Below, in pieces: positions 12,705-24,960 of a stretch of 64,000 bases of DNA. Under the pieces are notes generated by a model. It was not told where the DNA came from. It searched no databases and saw nothing but the letters and a program-made list of their open reading frames with translations. Origin of the DNA: Raillietiella orientalis (Eukaryota). How positions within the stretch are numbered: the first letter of the stretch is position 1; every line of letters begins with the position of its first letter. The translations under genes were made by a program, and so were the position numbers. Location: assembly GCA_036172245.1 (NCBI GenBank), contig JAYWIR010000006.1, positions 2,046,001-2,110,000 of the forward strand, in the 5' to 3' direction.

Positions 12705-13275
12705 GTACTCGAAAACCCCGTTAGAGGGGCCCATGGAGCTCTTTAAACACTGTCCACACCACCCGAGGGTGCGTGTAACTCTTTAAGTCAGGGGGTGAAC
12801 CTGGATGAACCACCCCATGAATCCAGGAAGAATCCCGGAGGAAGGAGACTTCGTTCCTCTTACGCTTGGCTGCGAGCCCCGATGGGAAACTCTCCCTTAT
12901 TCTCTCTGGACGGATCCCCCGGAAGGAGCCACTCGTTTTTTCTCCGAAGAGAACCCGGAAAGGATCCGCTGTTGGCATTGCTTCTCCACAAGAGAACCCG
13001 CAAGAGAACCGCTCCTTGTTTCCTCCTCCGAAGAGAATCCCGAAGAGAAGCTTCCCAATTTCTCTGAAGGTCGCTCTCAGAAGGGTACGGTTCTCCTTTT
13101 ACACTCTGGAAGAGGGAACCTCTGATGAAGGTATCAACCAGTTCCATGGTATGGTTCCATTTTCACAAACCGGAGGGAAACCCTGGAGGGAAGCGACTCC
13201 TTGATTCCTGGGAGATTCCGGAGGATCAACTTCCAATCCCGGCCAGTCAAAACGGACATCCGGCTTTTACCAGCG
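12705..13275 (+). repeat. Unknown family, 5' module with ~40-bp internal repeats
   Basis: Collinear DNA similarity to 33300-33895, 58690-58990 and revcomp 50190-50790. Shared words include ccatgaatccaggaag, gtatcaaccagttccatggta, gactccttgattcctgg and tcaacttccaatcccgg. Confidence 0.85.
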
Positions 13276-14049
13276 CAGCAGCGCTCTTGTCTGCTCTTCT
13301 CTCGAGTCATGGTAGCCTCAGAATAAGCCAGGAATTCCTGTGCCTTCCTTGCGCTGGCCGCATCACGCGTACGTTCATGGCAACTTCTGCCTCCCCCCTG
13401 CTACTTGCATGTGGTGCTATCAGAGATCCCAGTCGTTTCCCTCTGTCAGTTCCGCCTCATAACGGTCCGCGTTGCCTTCCGCTTCCGCTCCACCCTGAGG
13501 AGTTGCAGACTGAGCGGAGGGCGCCGTTCGCCACGAGCTGCCGATGCTCGAATCTCAGGGCGAGCCGTGCGAGCGCCAGGAACCGTTCCGGGAACGCCGG
13601 CAACGCCGACCGATGAGCATCGCCAACCGGCCGAGTTGCGTCCGCGCCAAGGCCGCGGGACTTCCCGGCCTCGGAGTTCATGGAGGAGTCCCGGGAAGAG
13701 ACGACTCGCTCGCGCGATGTGTCGAGGGATGGGAAGCATCTCCAGCAAGCCGAAGCTCCGCGCAGGAGGAGCATTCCAGGTCCGAAGGAGGCCGAAACCC
13801 GCGGGCATTGAATCGCGACAACTGCGGCCGCGCGATTGCCCACTCCTGGATCCCGAATTCGGATTCTCAATTCCGGGACAAGGAGCCAGGATGCCCTTCC
13901 TCCATTTTCCTATTCCTTCCGGTTGTTTTGCTGGTGTCCTTCAGGAAGACTGCGCTCGTCCTCTCTGTCTTGCTGGGAACTCGAGGTCTCAATTTCGGAC
14001 AGGCTGCCTCACAGATGAGGGGGAGCAGGAACGCAGGACCAGCGTTCCC

Positions 14050-14768
14050 CCTCCGGCGTACACGATGGAAGCGTCTGCCGGATGTCTTCGATGCACACAG
14101 GAGACACAGGGCATCCCTCCCCCTAAAGTGGCAGGAGTCGGCGTTCCTGCTGTTGTATTGGGGCCTCCTGTACAACACCCGCCGACATCATTGGACCCGG
14201 GGAGAAGGTGAGCTCCCACTGCAGCAGATGCGGAGAAAGAGAATCCCTCCGGCACCTGCTCCTGGATTCTGTTGCCCTTCGCCCCCAATGAGAACGCTTT
14301 TACGCATCCCTACGGATATCCGAGGGAGGCCCCAGAGACGTTTTAAAGCACCTCTTCCTGCGCAACGCCCGCATCCTCAGCAGCACTTTGCAGCCTACGC
14401 GGGACCGTGACCGCATGGAGCAACTCCAGAGGAGGCCAGGACTACAGGAACGCCATCTATTCTGCCGTCCTCTTCATGAGAATAGCGTCAAGATGGTCCC
14501 ATCTGGGAGGCTTGAAACAGAAACTTGTCAGCATCCTGCAAAGGATGCAAAGGACGTCCTCCAGCATCCGGTGATTCCTTCCGGAACCCTCCCAATTTTT
14601 CGCACATATTTTTTGTTGTTTTTCCTTCCCCTCTGCCGCCGAGGCGAACCTCGCCGGCCTGCGCGCAGGTTCTCTGTAGGTCCTTTTACTATCTTTATAT
14701 GCACTGACCTATATGTTTATTTTTTGTTTATATGAATAAACGCCCGGTGCAACCGGGTGTCAACACAG
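14050..14768 (+). repeat. Unknown family copy (ORF domain plus 3' AATAAA/hairpin)
   Basis: LPLKWQESAFLLLYWGLLYN ... ALCSLRGTVTAWS..QDYRNAIYSAVLFMRIASRWSHLGGLKQ. DNA is collinear with 59170-59890. Confidence 0.85.
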
Positions 14769-15079
14769 GAGGGAGCGTGAGTTCCTGCTTCGACCTTTGT
14801 ATCTGGCGCCTCCAGGACGATCTCTTTCTCTGGAAAGGGAAGCACGCTTCTCGCTTCGCAAACGACTCCTCAGTCTTTCACGAAGGGGACATCTCTTCAA
14901 GATGTGCTGCAGGAGTATTACGACGGTTCCTCTCCCACCATCGCTAAAGTGTCCAAGCCCTCCCTCTCGCATGCAGCTCACGGGGTGAAAGAAGGGGACT
15001 TGTCTAGAAGAAGGAGAGGGATGTGAGGCTGAAGGACTGGTGACGTAGCGATAGAGTCGCTCACACCTCACCCAGTCCG

Positions 15080-15570
15080 TGATCCATTCCCAACCGTTTT
15101 CGCCCGGGGAACGACTGCGGGCACCTGGCGGGTCCTCTGGCAGTCCGACCCGGCCACGCGCAGTGGCGCGCGGGCATACGGAAATCCTCCGCGGGGCCTG
15201 AACCCTCCTGGCTGCCACGGCGACGCAGTGATCGCGCGCTCTCTGCTGCAGCGAGCGCAGCTGATTAAAGTGTCCGGGGACCTGGAAAAGTTTCGCAATT
15301 TTTCTTCTTCCTTCCTCTCTCCTGTATCCGAAGTTGGAGATGAGCTCAAAGAGGCCATTCGCTTATCTCCTATCATCATCAAGCGTGCATGCACAAGGAG
15401 GCTGCTGCGCAACTCAAAATCGTCCCCGAGGATTTAGCGTCAGCCTCTTCCACCTTATTCCCTGTACGGAACGTCCTGCGAAAAATGCACGTGCGGTCGG
15501 CTCGGCCAAGCGGCACTGTAGGAAAGCGTACACAATAAATCCGCGTTTACATCCGGAGTGGATAATTCTG
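15080..15570 (+). repeat. Unknown family copy, diverged
   Basis: ELKEAIRLSPIIIKRACTRR resembles DYRNAIYSAVLFMRIASRW. Ends with aataaatccgcgtttacatccggag (15534-15558). Confidence 0.5.
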
Positions 15571-16479
15571 AAGACAAACGAATGGGTTTGCAGCTTCAGA
15601 GGGTAAACGGAGCGCGTTTTTTTTTTTTTTCTTCTCTAGGTTGCCGATGCCGCGAGATGCCTTTGAACTCTCCGTGACGGCAAGCGCCCGATCCCCGCTA
15701 GGCGGAAGCAAGATTCTCAGTTTTCCCTTCTTTATGGTCTGCTCCACGGAGGCGGAAGCTGTGACGCCTTACTCCGAGGTCCATCTGCGACAGCACAGGG
15801 GCCGGGGCTCTCCGGGAGTGACGGCAAAAAAAAACGAAGATCGGCGAGCACGTTTTCGACGCCGGGCACCTCGAAGCGATTGCTTTCAGCGCGTCCCGGC
15901 AGATGGGGTACGCGGGCTCTCGGCGCGCGGAAACCCTGACTGTCGGCAAGAGCAGGAGGAAAGAAAGAAAAGGCAATTCCCGAGTCCGCTCTTCCAAACT
16001 CCCCCTTCTCGAGTCTCTCTCCCAGTGCATCTCGTCGGAAAGCTGGAAAGAGGGGTGGTGGCCTTTTGGGCCACAGATGAGACTGGCTTGCCTGCTCTTG
16101 CATGGAGGCGCACCGAGCTGTGCTGGTTTTCCTCCGCACCCCGAAAGGAAAGCCACTTCCTCTTTCTCCGGGTCTGTTTAACTCGATAAGTGCGGCGGAC
16201 AGGGGCGATAATTGACCCTAATCTCGAAGGGAGTCCTGAGAAGACCCTCTCGAAATGAAGCGCGGACCCACGAGGGCGCGCACGTTCGCAGGGCCTGCTC
16301 AACCGGTATGCAGATTTCTGCTGGTCCTCTCGCGGTGTCTCTCCCGAGCTCCACGGTGCCTAACGAAGGTAGGTGTGCCAGATCGATAATTCCCTATTGG
16401 ATTCCCTGCGCGTTTCTGGGTTCCGTTCCGTGTACACGCTGTTTACACGAAATTTCAGGCGAAGCATCCTAGTCAGAGG

Positions 16480-16960
16480 GGAACATCTGCAGGAAGCCCT
16501 GCGACAACATTCGGAGGGGCGCAAGAAACCCTGCATCTGACGAACGAAAGAACAACCAAAGGGCCTGCCTTTCTGCTCCCAAATTGATCCGTGGGGAGGT
16601 GGCAGACCACTGCATAGCGTTGGGCAGTTTTTCTGAGTCTTTTCGGGAGCTCGCTATGAATCCCAGTTCGCGTGCCAAATCTTCCTCTCTGTTAGGGATC
16701 GGTCGTTCGAACCTCGGGGGCCCTTTGCAACGCTCCCTACCGCAGAACGTATCGGTTGCTGACCACAGGACGGTTGCCAGCATCCTGGAGAGACCACTGC
16801 TGCTCCAAACGCTTGCCCTTTGGGGAGAAAAAGCTTCCTCTCGGCGAGTGCCTGGATGATGGGAGCCTGCTTCTCAGGGAACATCTCCAGTACACCGAAA
16901 ACGCCAAAGAGCCCTCCTGTATCAGTGGGAAAAGGAAGAGATGCAGTCCCCCGCGGCGTG
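16480..16960 (-). repeat. Probable unknown-family upstream segment, diverged
   Basis: VLEMFPEKQAPIIQAL resembles TLDVLPEKLRPLQKL of the 54161-54556 minus frame. Confidence 0.35.
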
Positions 16961-18049
16961 GCAGGAGAGCAGGCAGGAGTTAGGTGACCTGTAAGATCAC
17001 AAGAGTTTTCAGGTTCTGATCACAATTGAACACCTCGAAGCCAGGTATGAAGCCAGGTTCCGTGCACCATGAGGAACGACTCATCTGGCAGCTCATGAAG
17101 CCAATATGGGAGAGGACGGGTATCCATGGAAGCTATTTACAGGTGTCGTCACCCCGTGCAGGGCACAGAGACGTGGCTTAAACTGGAAGGTGGAATAAAA
17201 GGGCGTCTTAGGACAATTGTAAGCGAAGTTCCCACTGGTGAAACACTCTGTCACTATTCCACTTCCTTCCTCTCCTGGCTGGACTGATGCTCACAGGAAA
17301 CCCAGAGCGGATCATCAGAACCAGTTTGTTCATCTTCCCTTATTTATTTTATTTACGGTTCAATCTTCTCCATCCTCGACCCTCTCTCCGCTTACGTCCC
17401 CAGTGAGGGTTCCAGTCCTCCCTGGCGAGCAGCCAGGCCAGACCGAGTGGCGTCCTTTTCCATTGAAAAATTTCATTTCAGATCGATGGCTTGGCACTCC
17501 AGGACGAGGTCATCGAGTGGCGGGACGGCGACCAGACCCTCACTCATTAGCGCCGGCAAGAAAGCGAGAGTTTGCCAGGCACGTTGGCTGCCTTCCACGT
17601 CTCTCTTTGCGCACGCACGCACGGAACTTCTTTCACGGCCGGAAGAAAGGGCTTTCGCCCCCGTCCAGGGAACAAGCATCGAGTGAACCAAGAGTTGGTT
17701 CCTGTTCCTGAACTCCTAGAGTTGCTGTCGCCACGTGTTCCGTCTAAGATTAGCGTCTCTCCGGCGGCATCCAAAGGCCGACGCACACCGCTTCCTTTCT
17801 TGCGTTCTTTCTCGGATCCGAAGTCCCTCCCTGCAAGCGTGCTAGCAAGATTCTCGCAATTGGGGGAAAGCCGGAAGCGATCTGCCAAATTGAGCGGAAC
17901 CCCATTCCCTGAATTTGCATATTTTCCCCCTGTTCTATTAGCTGTTCCCTCCGTGTGTGTGTGTGTGTGCTGTGCTCCCATATATGGAACTGTAGAGGAT
18001 TCTGATGCGCAAGGAAGGAACCGGGAACTGTAGAGCGTGTCCTATGAAG

Positions 18050-18900
18050 CTCCGATTCCACCCTGCTGCCCCTAAACTTCCTCAACATCTCCGAAGCGCG
18101 GTCAGCCATAGAGGTCCGGCGTCCCGGAATGTTCTTTCTCGCAAGCAAAGGAGGCAGCTCAGCAAGGTCGTTCCTAAAGAGAGCTGTGAAGAGGGCAGCA
18201 CACTTCTTGCACAAGCAGGCTTGTCTGCATTCACGAGACCGGGGTAGAAGAAAAGAGGAAGCTGAAGAATTTAAACCCCAGATGGCACCACTTCTTTTTC
18301 CAGATTTCTCACAGCACTTTATCTCGCGAACGGCCTTGGCTGCAGTCCTCAGTATCGCAGTGCAGCAATTGTCATCAGGTATCGTCAGGGACTGAACTTT
18401 CCGATGAGATGAAAAAACAGAGAATGGAAAGTCAGGAACCAGAATCTCTCTTCACTTCAAGAGGCACGTTCCCAGCGTCCTCTACATGCAAGCACCGGTT
18501 AGCCAGCCGAAGTCCCTTACCATTTCCCCCGGTGGGTGCGACGGAGCGGCAGCGACGACAAGAAACGAATGCTCCTTCGACTTCGACAGACCTCCAAAGA
18601 CCAACACAGAAGGACAGCCAACCGGAAAACAAAGATGCGCGATTGCTTGCGCCCATTTCTCAGGCAATGCTGGTACTCAACGATGCGCAGCTGCTTCCCG
18701 CAGGACATTCCGATTTCCTCAAACGGCGACGTGCCCGGCAAGGCACCCATTGCCCTTTGGCGATTCCGGACCCCATGAGCCAAAGCGACGCGTGAAACCG
18801 GGAGATCAACGAGGGAAATCAGGAAACCCTCCGCAGCGCACGCTTCCTCGGCGACCCGAAGAAAAGGAGGGGTTCGTCCTTCCTCGCGAAGCGATACGCA
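18050..18900 (-). mobile_element. Internally deleted decayed LINE (PHD ORF1 remnant joined to RT domains 2a-4)
   Basis: GWLSFCVGL...AFVSCRRC (PHD-like, ~18545-18630); DSGS*..HS (~QSGFR..HS); AILRTAAKAVRDKV..IWKK (~A.FLD..KAFDKV); LFTALFRNDL (~LF.LF.NDL). Confidence 0.55.
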
Positions 18901-19320
18901 GTTCTCCAGGCAAAGTCAGCCGACCGACCTTGGGTGACTGAGGCGCCACTCGGTTCCTCAATTTCCGGCCAGTCGCCCCGCTCGTCGTTCCCGAGGAAGA
19001 CGGGAACGACGCTCCGGAGGAGTGCTTCGGGCTTTCGCTCCACTTTCTGGGACGCGCGTCCGCCAGGCACGAAAACGACCGCGCAACTGACTGCAAGCCG
19101 ACGAGGAGCGAAGGCACGGAATGGCGAGAACGCGCCCGGCCAAGCTGCCACTGAGCGCGACTCGGCCCCATTACGGACGCGGAAGAGAAGGGAAGGCACG
19201 CGGGTTTTACAGGACGGGGCACGTAGGGAAGCCGAGGAGTGAGCGAGCACGTCAGGGTTCGTGCGGGAACGCTGTCGCACGCGGAGCCAGAGCGGCCGCG
19301 GCCGTCCTCCTCGAAGGCGG
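18389..19320 (+). repeat. Left arm of a 932-bp inverted repeat
   Basis: Reverse complement of 36659-37590 (coordinates sum to 55979). Overlapping ORF translations are identical in several frames. Mismatch occurs immediately outside both ends. Confidence 0.97.
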
Positions 19321-21229
19321 GTGCGCATCCTGACTGAGCTTCCATCGACCACCGGCTGAGGCAATCGGTTTCTTCGTTTCACATTTGCTGGCTCTTACAG
19401 CATGCTGTCTTTCATAGCTGGCTGGACCACTGCTACAAAAAACGAACCTAAAAATAGTGGGAAATCTCTGGGACTCTTTTTGTTTGTTGGAATGGTTTCC
19501 ATTTGCGTGTCTACCTCTTTGCTGATCCCGGGTCCAATAAAGCTAGAGAGGATGTTGAATCCTGGCGATGTTCATACGCTTTACTGTCTGTCTCTCCAGA
19601 ATTCACTTCCAACAAGAAGTTACTAGGCAGCCATCGCTTGGATACTGCAACTGCGGTTTTCTGTGCTCCCCGCTCGGTACTTTCTGGGATGAGTCATCCA
19701 TCATGGAGTCATGCAGCTTCCTATTTCTCTAATCGTGCAACCAACTGATACGTCACGTTTTCTGTCGTCCATCTTTGCCTGCTTCCTCTTCTGATCCAGA
19801 AGATCCCGGGGATTCCCTGAGGAGGGATCCGGAACAAGCTGAACGAGAGGAACGCGAGGTCTCCTTTAAGTACGGGCGGGGCTCTCGTGAAGAAAAGGCT
19901 TCATCTTCGTTCTCTTTCCTGCTTCGATCCAAGCACCGCTGGTCTGGAACTAACACCAGCCGAAAGGAACCTGCCCATTACGCTGGTCTTCGCCGTGAAT
20001 GGGGAAAAGAAAACAGAAGAATGACAGCAATCTCGGGAGCGTGGGGGATTCACACGGGGGGAGGGGGTAGCCCGGTCACAGGAGCCGAGGCCAAGGAAAG
20101 GAGAGGGGTGAAAGATCTGTTTCAGAAGCGACGGTGGGGTCAGCGACGATGACGGAGGGGGAATGCCAACCCTATCGGATGCGCGCAACTGGAAGCGCTG
20201 CAAGCCCGGCAGGTCGTGACGTCTTTTCGAAGAACCTCGGAGGCCACAGGTCTCTTGGGTAGCGCCTGAAGTCTCTTTGAGGTTATTTTCCACCAGTCAG
20301 GCTCCTCAGAGAGAGTTGGCTCTCCTTCGCTTCCCGGAAGAGCCTCTCTCTCTGGGTGTTGCATCTCGTTCTTTATCCGCGTGGATCCCTTCAGGCGCCT
20401 GAAAGGCCGAGCCTTCCACGCAGGTCCCGTGGGAAGTGGGTGGGTGGGCAGAAAGAGAGCTGCTTCTGGTCGCCCCTGCTATCCGAGATGGACTCTTCCA
20501 CGTTGCTGTCCCCGCGCGCCCCATTTTCCGTAGAGGAGATCTGGTAAATTGGAAACACCCTGTCTACTTCGCTCCCTCCTTGCTCTCTTCCAGTGCGCAA
20601 GGTCCGGGGTCTGAGTCCTTTCGTAGAAGAGCGAGTTGTTGCTCATCCGCAGCCAGAGGGAGGGCTGCTTGCCTTCTCCTGGGGAGAGACTGCGGAACGA
20701 GCTTGGCGTATGACGTCATCTGTCGCCATTTTGAAGAGAGGGTGGATCCGGAACTTCGAGATCGACGGAGAGCTGATGCCTTATCTCCATCTCCACCTCC
20801 TCCACCCACCAGTCTCGATTTCTCTTCATGTCCGGAGCGATTCTCGGGATGGAGCGCCTCCCCAATCGACGCGGAGACCAGCAGCGCCACTCTTGGGGAT
20901 TCAGGGATAGCTCTTCTTCCTTGGTAACCGAAGAGAACTCGGACAGGTGGTGGTGGTGGCCCATGCTCCCTCCTTCCCCGGATGAAGGATCCTTGGGGGA
21001 ACTGTGAAGCAGATCCGGTCTTCCTCCCGCTCTTCGAGAACGCCAGAGACGCCGCCACGGAAGACACCCCGCACTATGGTCCGGGAAGTCACAAGCCTCC
21101 GCAACACGGGACGAAGCGGCTCTCTGAAATGCACCACCCACCGTAAGGAAAGAGAAGGCGAAAATCCGGCGCATCGTCGGTACCGGTGACGTCGCGAGCG
21201 CTGTACATCCCGTGAGCATCGCCTTGTGG

Positions 21230-23000
21230 GGGATGAAGCTGAGCAGAGGGGAGGAGGGCAGACAAGCCTGGCCGCTGCTGGTCACGACGCCTGTCGCTTC
21301 ACGGCCCTCCCAACCCGACCACTATGCAATCCCCAAGGCGATGCGCAGGACGCACTTTGCGTCTGCGAGAGCAGCGCAGTGGCGGTGACCTCCTGGAACT
21401 GCGATGCAGCTCTCCCGCTCTCCTTGCCCATCCCTGGAAAGAGCAGCGACTGTTGTTGCTTCCTGAGCCCACGTCGCAGAGACAGCAACGGAGCATCCAG
21501 AAGATGATGCGCTGCTCCGGTCTATCTCTATGCCCGACTCCCGGGAGTACTTCCTCCTTATCTCCTCTTTCCAATGAAAACCCATCCCACCCTCATCCAT
21601 ATTCACCGTTGCTGTCCGAGGCTGCGTCTTAGCAATGGGGTCGGGAAGTGCACAATCATCTCGTTCCTCCTGGCTGCCATGTTTTTTTTTGTCCTGACGC
21701 AGCAGTATACTCGGATTCTCCCTCTTCTTCCTGAAAATGGAAGCAACGCCGAATGACAGACGTTGCGAAGAGCTTCAGAAAAACTGGAAAAAAAGAAAGG
21801 GAGTCACGTCCTGTTGACCTCTCTCTGTATTTCAGGCGACACAGACGGAGGGGAGGGGAGGGGAGAGGAAGTGGTGCACGTGCCCAGATCTCTTGCAGGG
21901 CTTTTGCTCCGGAAGGCGCCTTCCTGATCCTCATCCCTTTTTGAGGCTCAAGGGTGAAGTCAGCCTCCGCAGCAACACTCGGGAACAGCAGATGACCTCT
22001 GATTGCAGTAGAGGCGGTTGGCAACAATTCCGCAGGTCCCTCAGACACCCTCTCTCGCGGTCCCCACGCTTTGAAGGCATTCCCGAAGGAACAATTCCGC
22101 TGGTACAGGCTGCTTGCGGCAATCCCTCACTGTACGGAAGCTGGAGGAAGTTTGAAAGTCTTCTTCCCTCCTTCCTCTGTTCATTCCCCTTTGTTAGTTT
22201 TGTCAGACATTGCCGCTCGAGACTGCCGATCCGAGTTGGCAGTGGGGAAGGCAAAGCGAGCTGGGAGGAGCTGGAATTCTCTCAGGTGGGGACGAGGAGC
22301 GCGCGGTGGTGACAGCATCCGACTCGAGCTGGCCCTGCACGCGGGAGGCACTTTGGCTGGCACGGCGCAGCAGGCAGGAGAGCTGGCGTCAATCCGCAGG
22401 CGGTGACGATGAACGGCGAGGTACGCGCGTGCGTCTCTTCTAGTGCGATTGCCCACGGCCACCTTCTCCCCCCTTCTTCCTGAATCCTAGAGCAGTTGAA
22501 CTCCAAGATGGGATTGTACTCCTGGATCCCGGCTGCTTGCCGGATATACCATAGAAAGAAGCTATATTCAGATCTCCTTTCTTCTTCCTTTCTTCCTCCC
22601 CTTTTTTCTTTCCTTCTCTCTTTTTCCTTTATCCCTTCTCTCTTCCTCTTGCCTTCCTCCTCCCTTTCTCTCCTTTCTGCTTTCCTCTTCGGAAGGAAAA
22701 GTCGGTAGGAGGCGAAAGGGCAGTGGAATAGAGCAGGGTGCACCCTGGAATGGGGGAAGGGAATCGATCATTCTTCCTGCACGTTACCTCCAATCAGGCG
22801 GTTCTTCCTTCACTTGTGGAAATCGAGTGGAATGCAACGTGGGAATTCATCTCCTCTATCCATCCGGCCCTCCAGTTTATACTTCCGGAAATCGGTAGGT
22901 AAGAACGACTCCTGCTTGCTCCTCTACGTCTTGCCTGTAGCCTGCGAAACGGTAGACGCGCATTCGAAACGCGGAAGTGGCGAGGGAGTGCCTTCGGAGG
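21230..23000 (-). repeat. Probable unknown-family upstream segment, diverged
   Basis: EE*SIPFPHSRVHPALF (~22720-22775) resembles EGGSIPFYHAFSRPPLF (~38900-38950, + strand). KQQQ..GK.S..EVTATAL resembles the 29150-29250 minus frame. ATTVAALS resembles AHTVAALS (~54310). Confidence 0.4.
22574..22690 (+). repeat. Polypyrimidine tract (~115 bp)
   Basis: Almost exclusively C/T. Confidence 0.9.
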
Positions 23001-23049
23001 AGGACGACCTCGGGCGTCTGGGATAAAGGTAGTCCGAAGGGATGGGAAT

Positions 23050-23490
23050 GACATTCTCGTAGGATCCTTGGCCACAGTTTTCTAGGGAGAAAGCATGCTC
23101 TCCAATGTCCTCTACCAGGGTGTTTCCTCATCCCTGGGAGGTCGTTCGCTTTGTGTCCATCTTCGGGAGAGCAACCCTCCAAGAACAAGGAATGCTCGGC
23201 TTGCGAGGAATGGACAGATTGGTCGACCTGGAAGCCAGAGCGGAATCTGCTTGGAAATCTGCTTCTTTGAGGCATGCCTGAAGAGCTGAATGGGGTGTGG
23301 GAAGAAGAATGGAATTCACATGCAGGGAGGAAAGTGGAACTCAGGGGTTTGAGGGTGGAAAGGAGCAGCTGCAGGAGAGGAGACCTCCTGGCTGCCATTC
23401 GCTACCGGGCAGCGCAGGTCCGCCACCTACCGCAGGTTGGAGTTCGGACTTCTGTAACCACCCTGGCCACTTTTTCTACTCCCCAGAATT
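23050..23490 (+). repeat. Unknown family copy, diverged
   Basis: VLYQG...RESNPP...GRP....LEICFFEACL and DLLAAIRYRAAQVRHL align in order with ORF 59171. Confidence 0.5.
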
Positions 23491-24499
23491 AACGAAAGGA
23501 AGATACCAAGACGGTTCCTCTCTTTAGCTTCCGTTCTGCTCCAGTCCCCGGATCCAGCTTGTCTTCCCTTCACGATCTGCAAGTCTTTCCGTGATTTCTC
23601 ATCTGCATCCCCGCGAGATCCCACGAGGAACGGGATCCTCCTTTCGAACTGTCCTTTCGGCGGCTCCTTCTTGATGAACGACATCCTTTGGTGAACCAGA
23701 CGAAAAGCAGGACTGTTCTCCCCTTTCGTCCGCCAACTCCAGAGCACTCAAGGGAGCAAAGGTTGATGAAAGAAACATCTTTCGGGAGCTATGAACGAAG
23801 GAAGACGTTGGAAGCTGGAACCGCTTCCGTGAACTCATTTTCGCCGTCCAGAAGGAAAGGATGTGGGGAATCAAAATGGAGAGAAACTTCCAGAAAATCG
23901 AAACGAAAGTCGTGGAAGAAGCGGACTCTGCAAGCTGCTCGGCCTTCAAGATTGAAGAACCCTCCAAGGATGCAACACCCAGTGGCACAGCACGCGAGAG
24001 AAACAGCTCTTTGGTTTTTGCTCTACAGCTTCCTGCACCCGAGCTGAACTTACGAACAGCTCGTCGCTCGCGATGTCGGCTCGCTCATGCTGGACTGCCA
24101 TCGAGAACGTCCTTGTTGAGGGACTATGCCGTAGAACGGGATTTAGAAACTCCTGTCGCAAAAACTTGTGGCCTCTTCCCATATACCTCGACGGTTTTCT
24201 CCCGCAGGTGGCAGCACGCGGCAGCTCCCTCCTTGCGCTCGATTTGTTCCTCTCGGAGACTGGGAAAAGGGAGAGGGAGCTATCCTAGGTGTGGGGTGAC
24301 GAAACCATTCCTCTACTCACCGGTGGGCTTCCTCTGCTCACGGAAACACCCTGCTGTAGCGCTTCAGCAGCAGGATCATGGTGTCCTGCTGCTCTCAAAG
24401 CACGATGATGATGGTGGAGAGGCTCAGAACTGACTCAGCCACCAGCCAACACGAAGCAATCCACATGGAGTCTTCAAGCTGAAGAGTCTGGCAATATGG

Positions 24500-24960
24500 T
24501 CCCGTCTCGAAGGAGCAGAAAGAAAAGTGGTCAGAGTGATCTCACGCCGGCTACAGCCAGGGTTGAGTCCCAGAAAACTCATCCTTTGCATACCTATTTT
24601 TATGCATCTGTTCGTTGAGTTCTCCCCGTCTTGCCGGTGTTCGTGCGCAGCTGACCAAATCGGAGGTGTCTCCTGGATTCCTGGAGAAATTATGAGCTCG
24701 GCTCCCACTTTGCTTTATGAGAAACGCCTGGATTGGCCGAGTGGGAACTCTTATGTCTTGCTTCCGGCAGAGACGATCACCTTGAGGAGGCAGGGCTTCC
24801 GAGACGCTCCCAGACGCCAAGCACTGGGGGCAAATCACTTCCGAGTGTCACTACGCCAATTACTTCAGGAGGTCGAACTTTACTTCAGGAGCTCCAGGAT
24901 CCTGGAGACATTGCAAATCTGGTGAGTCAGAGGTGGCTCAGTCGTGGGACACGGGAACGT
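24500..24960 (+). repeat. Unknown family copy, diverged
   Basis: RKLILCIPIFMHLF (~QELILMLLHWGLLY) and RLDWPSGNSYVLL (~TLGTPGGNPSNLL). Confidence 0.5.

Noticed and set aside
19515..19580. 2A-like ribosome-skipping peptide (IPGP / NPGDV)
   Set aside because: The elements of GDVExNPGP are not in the right order.
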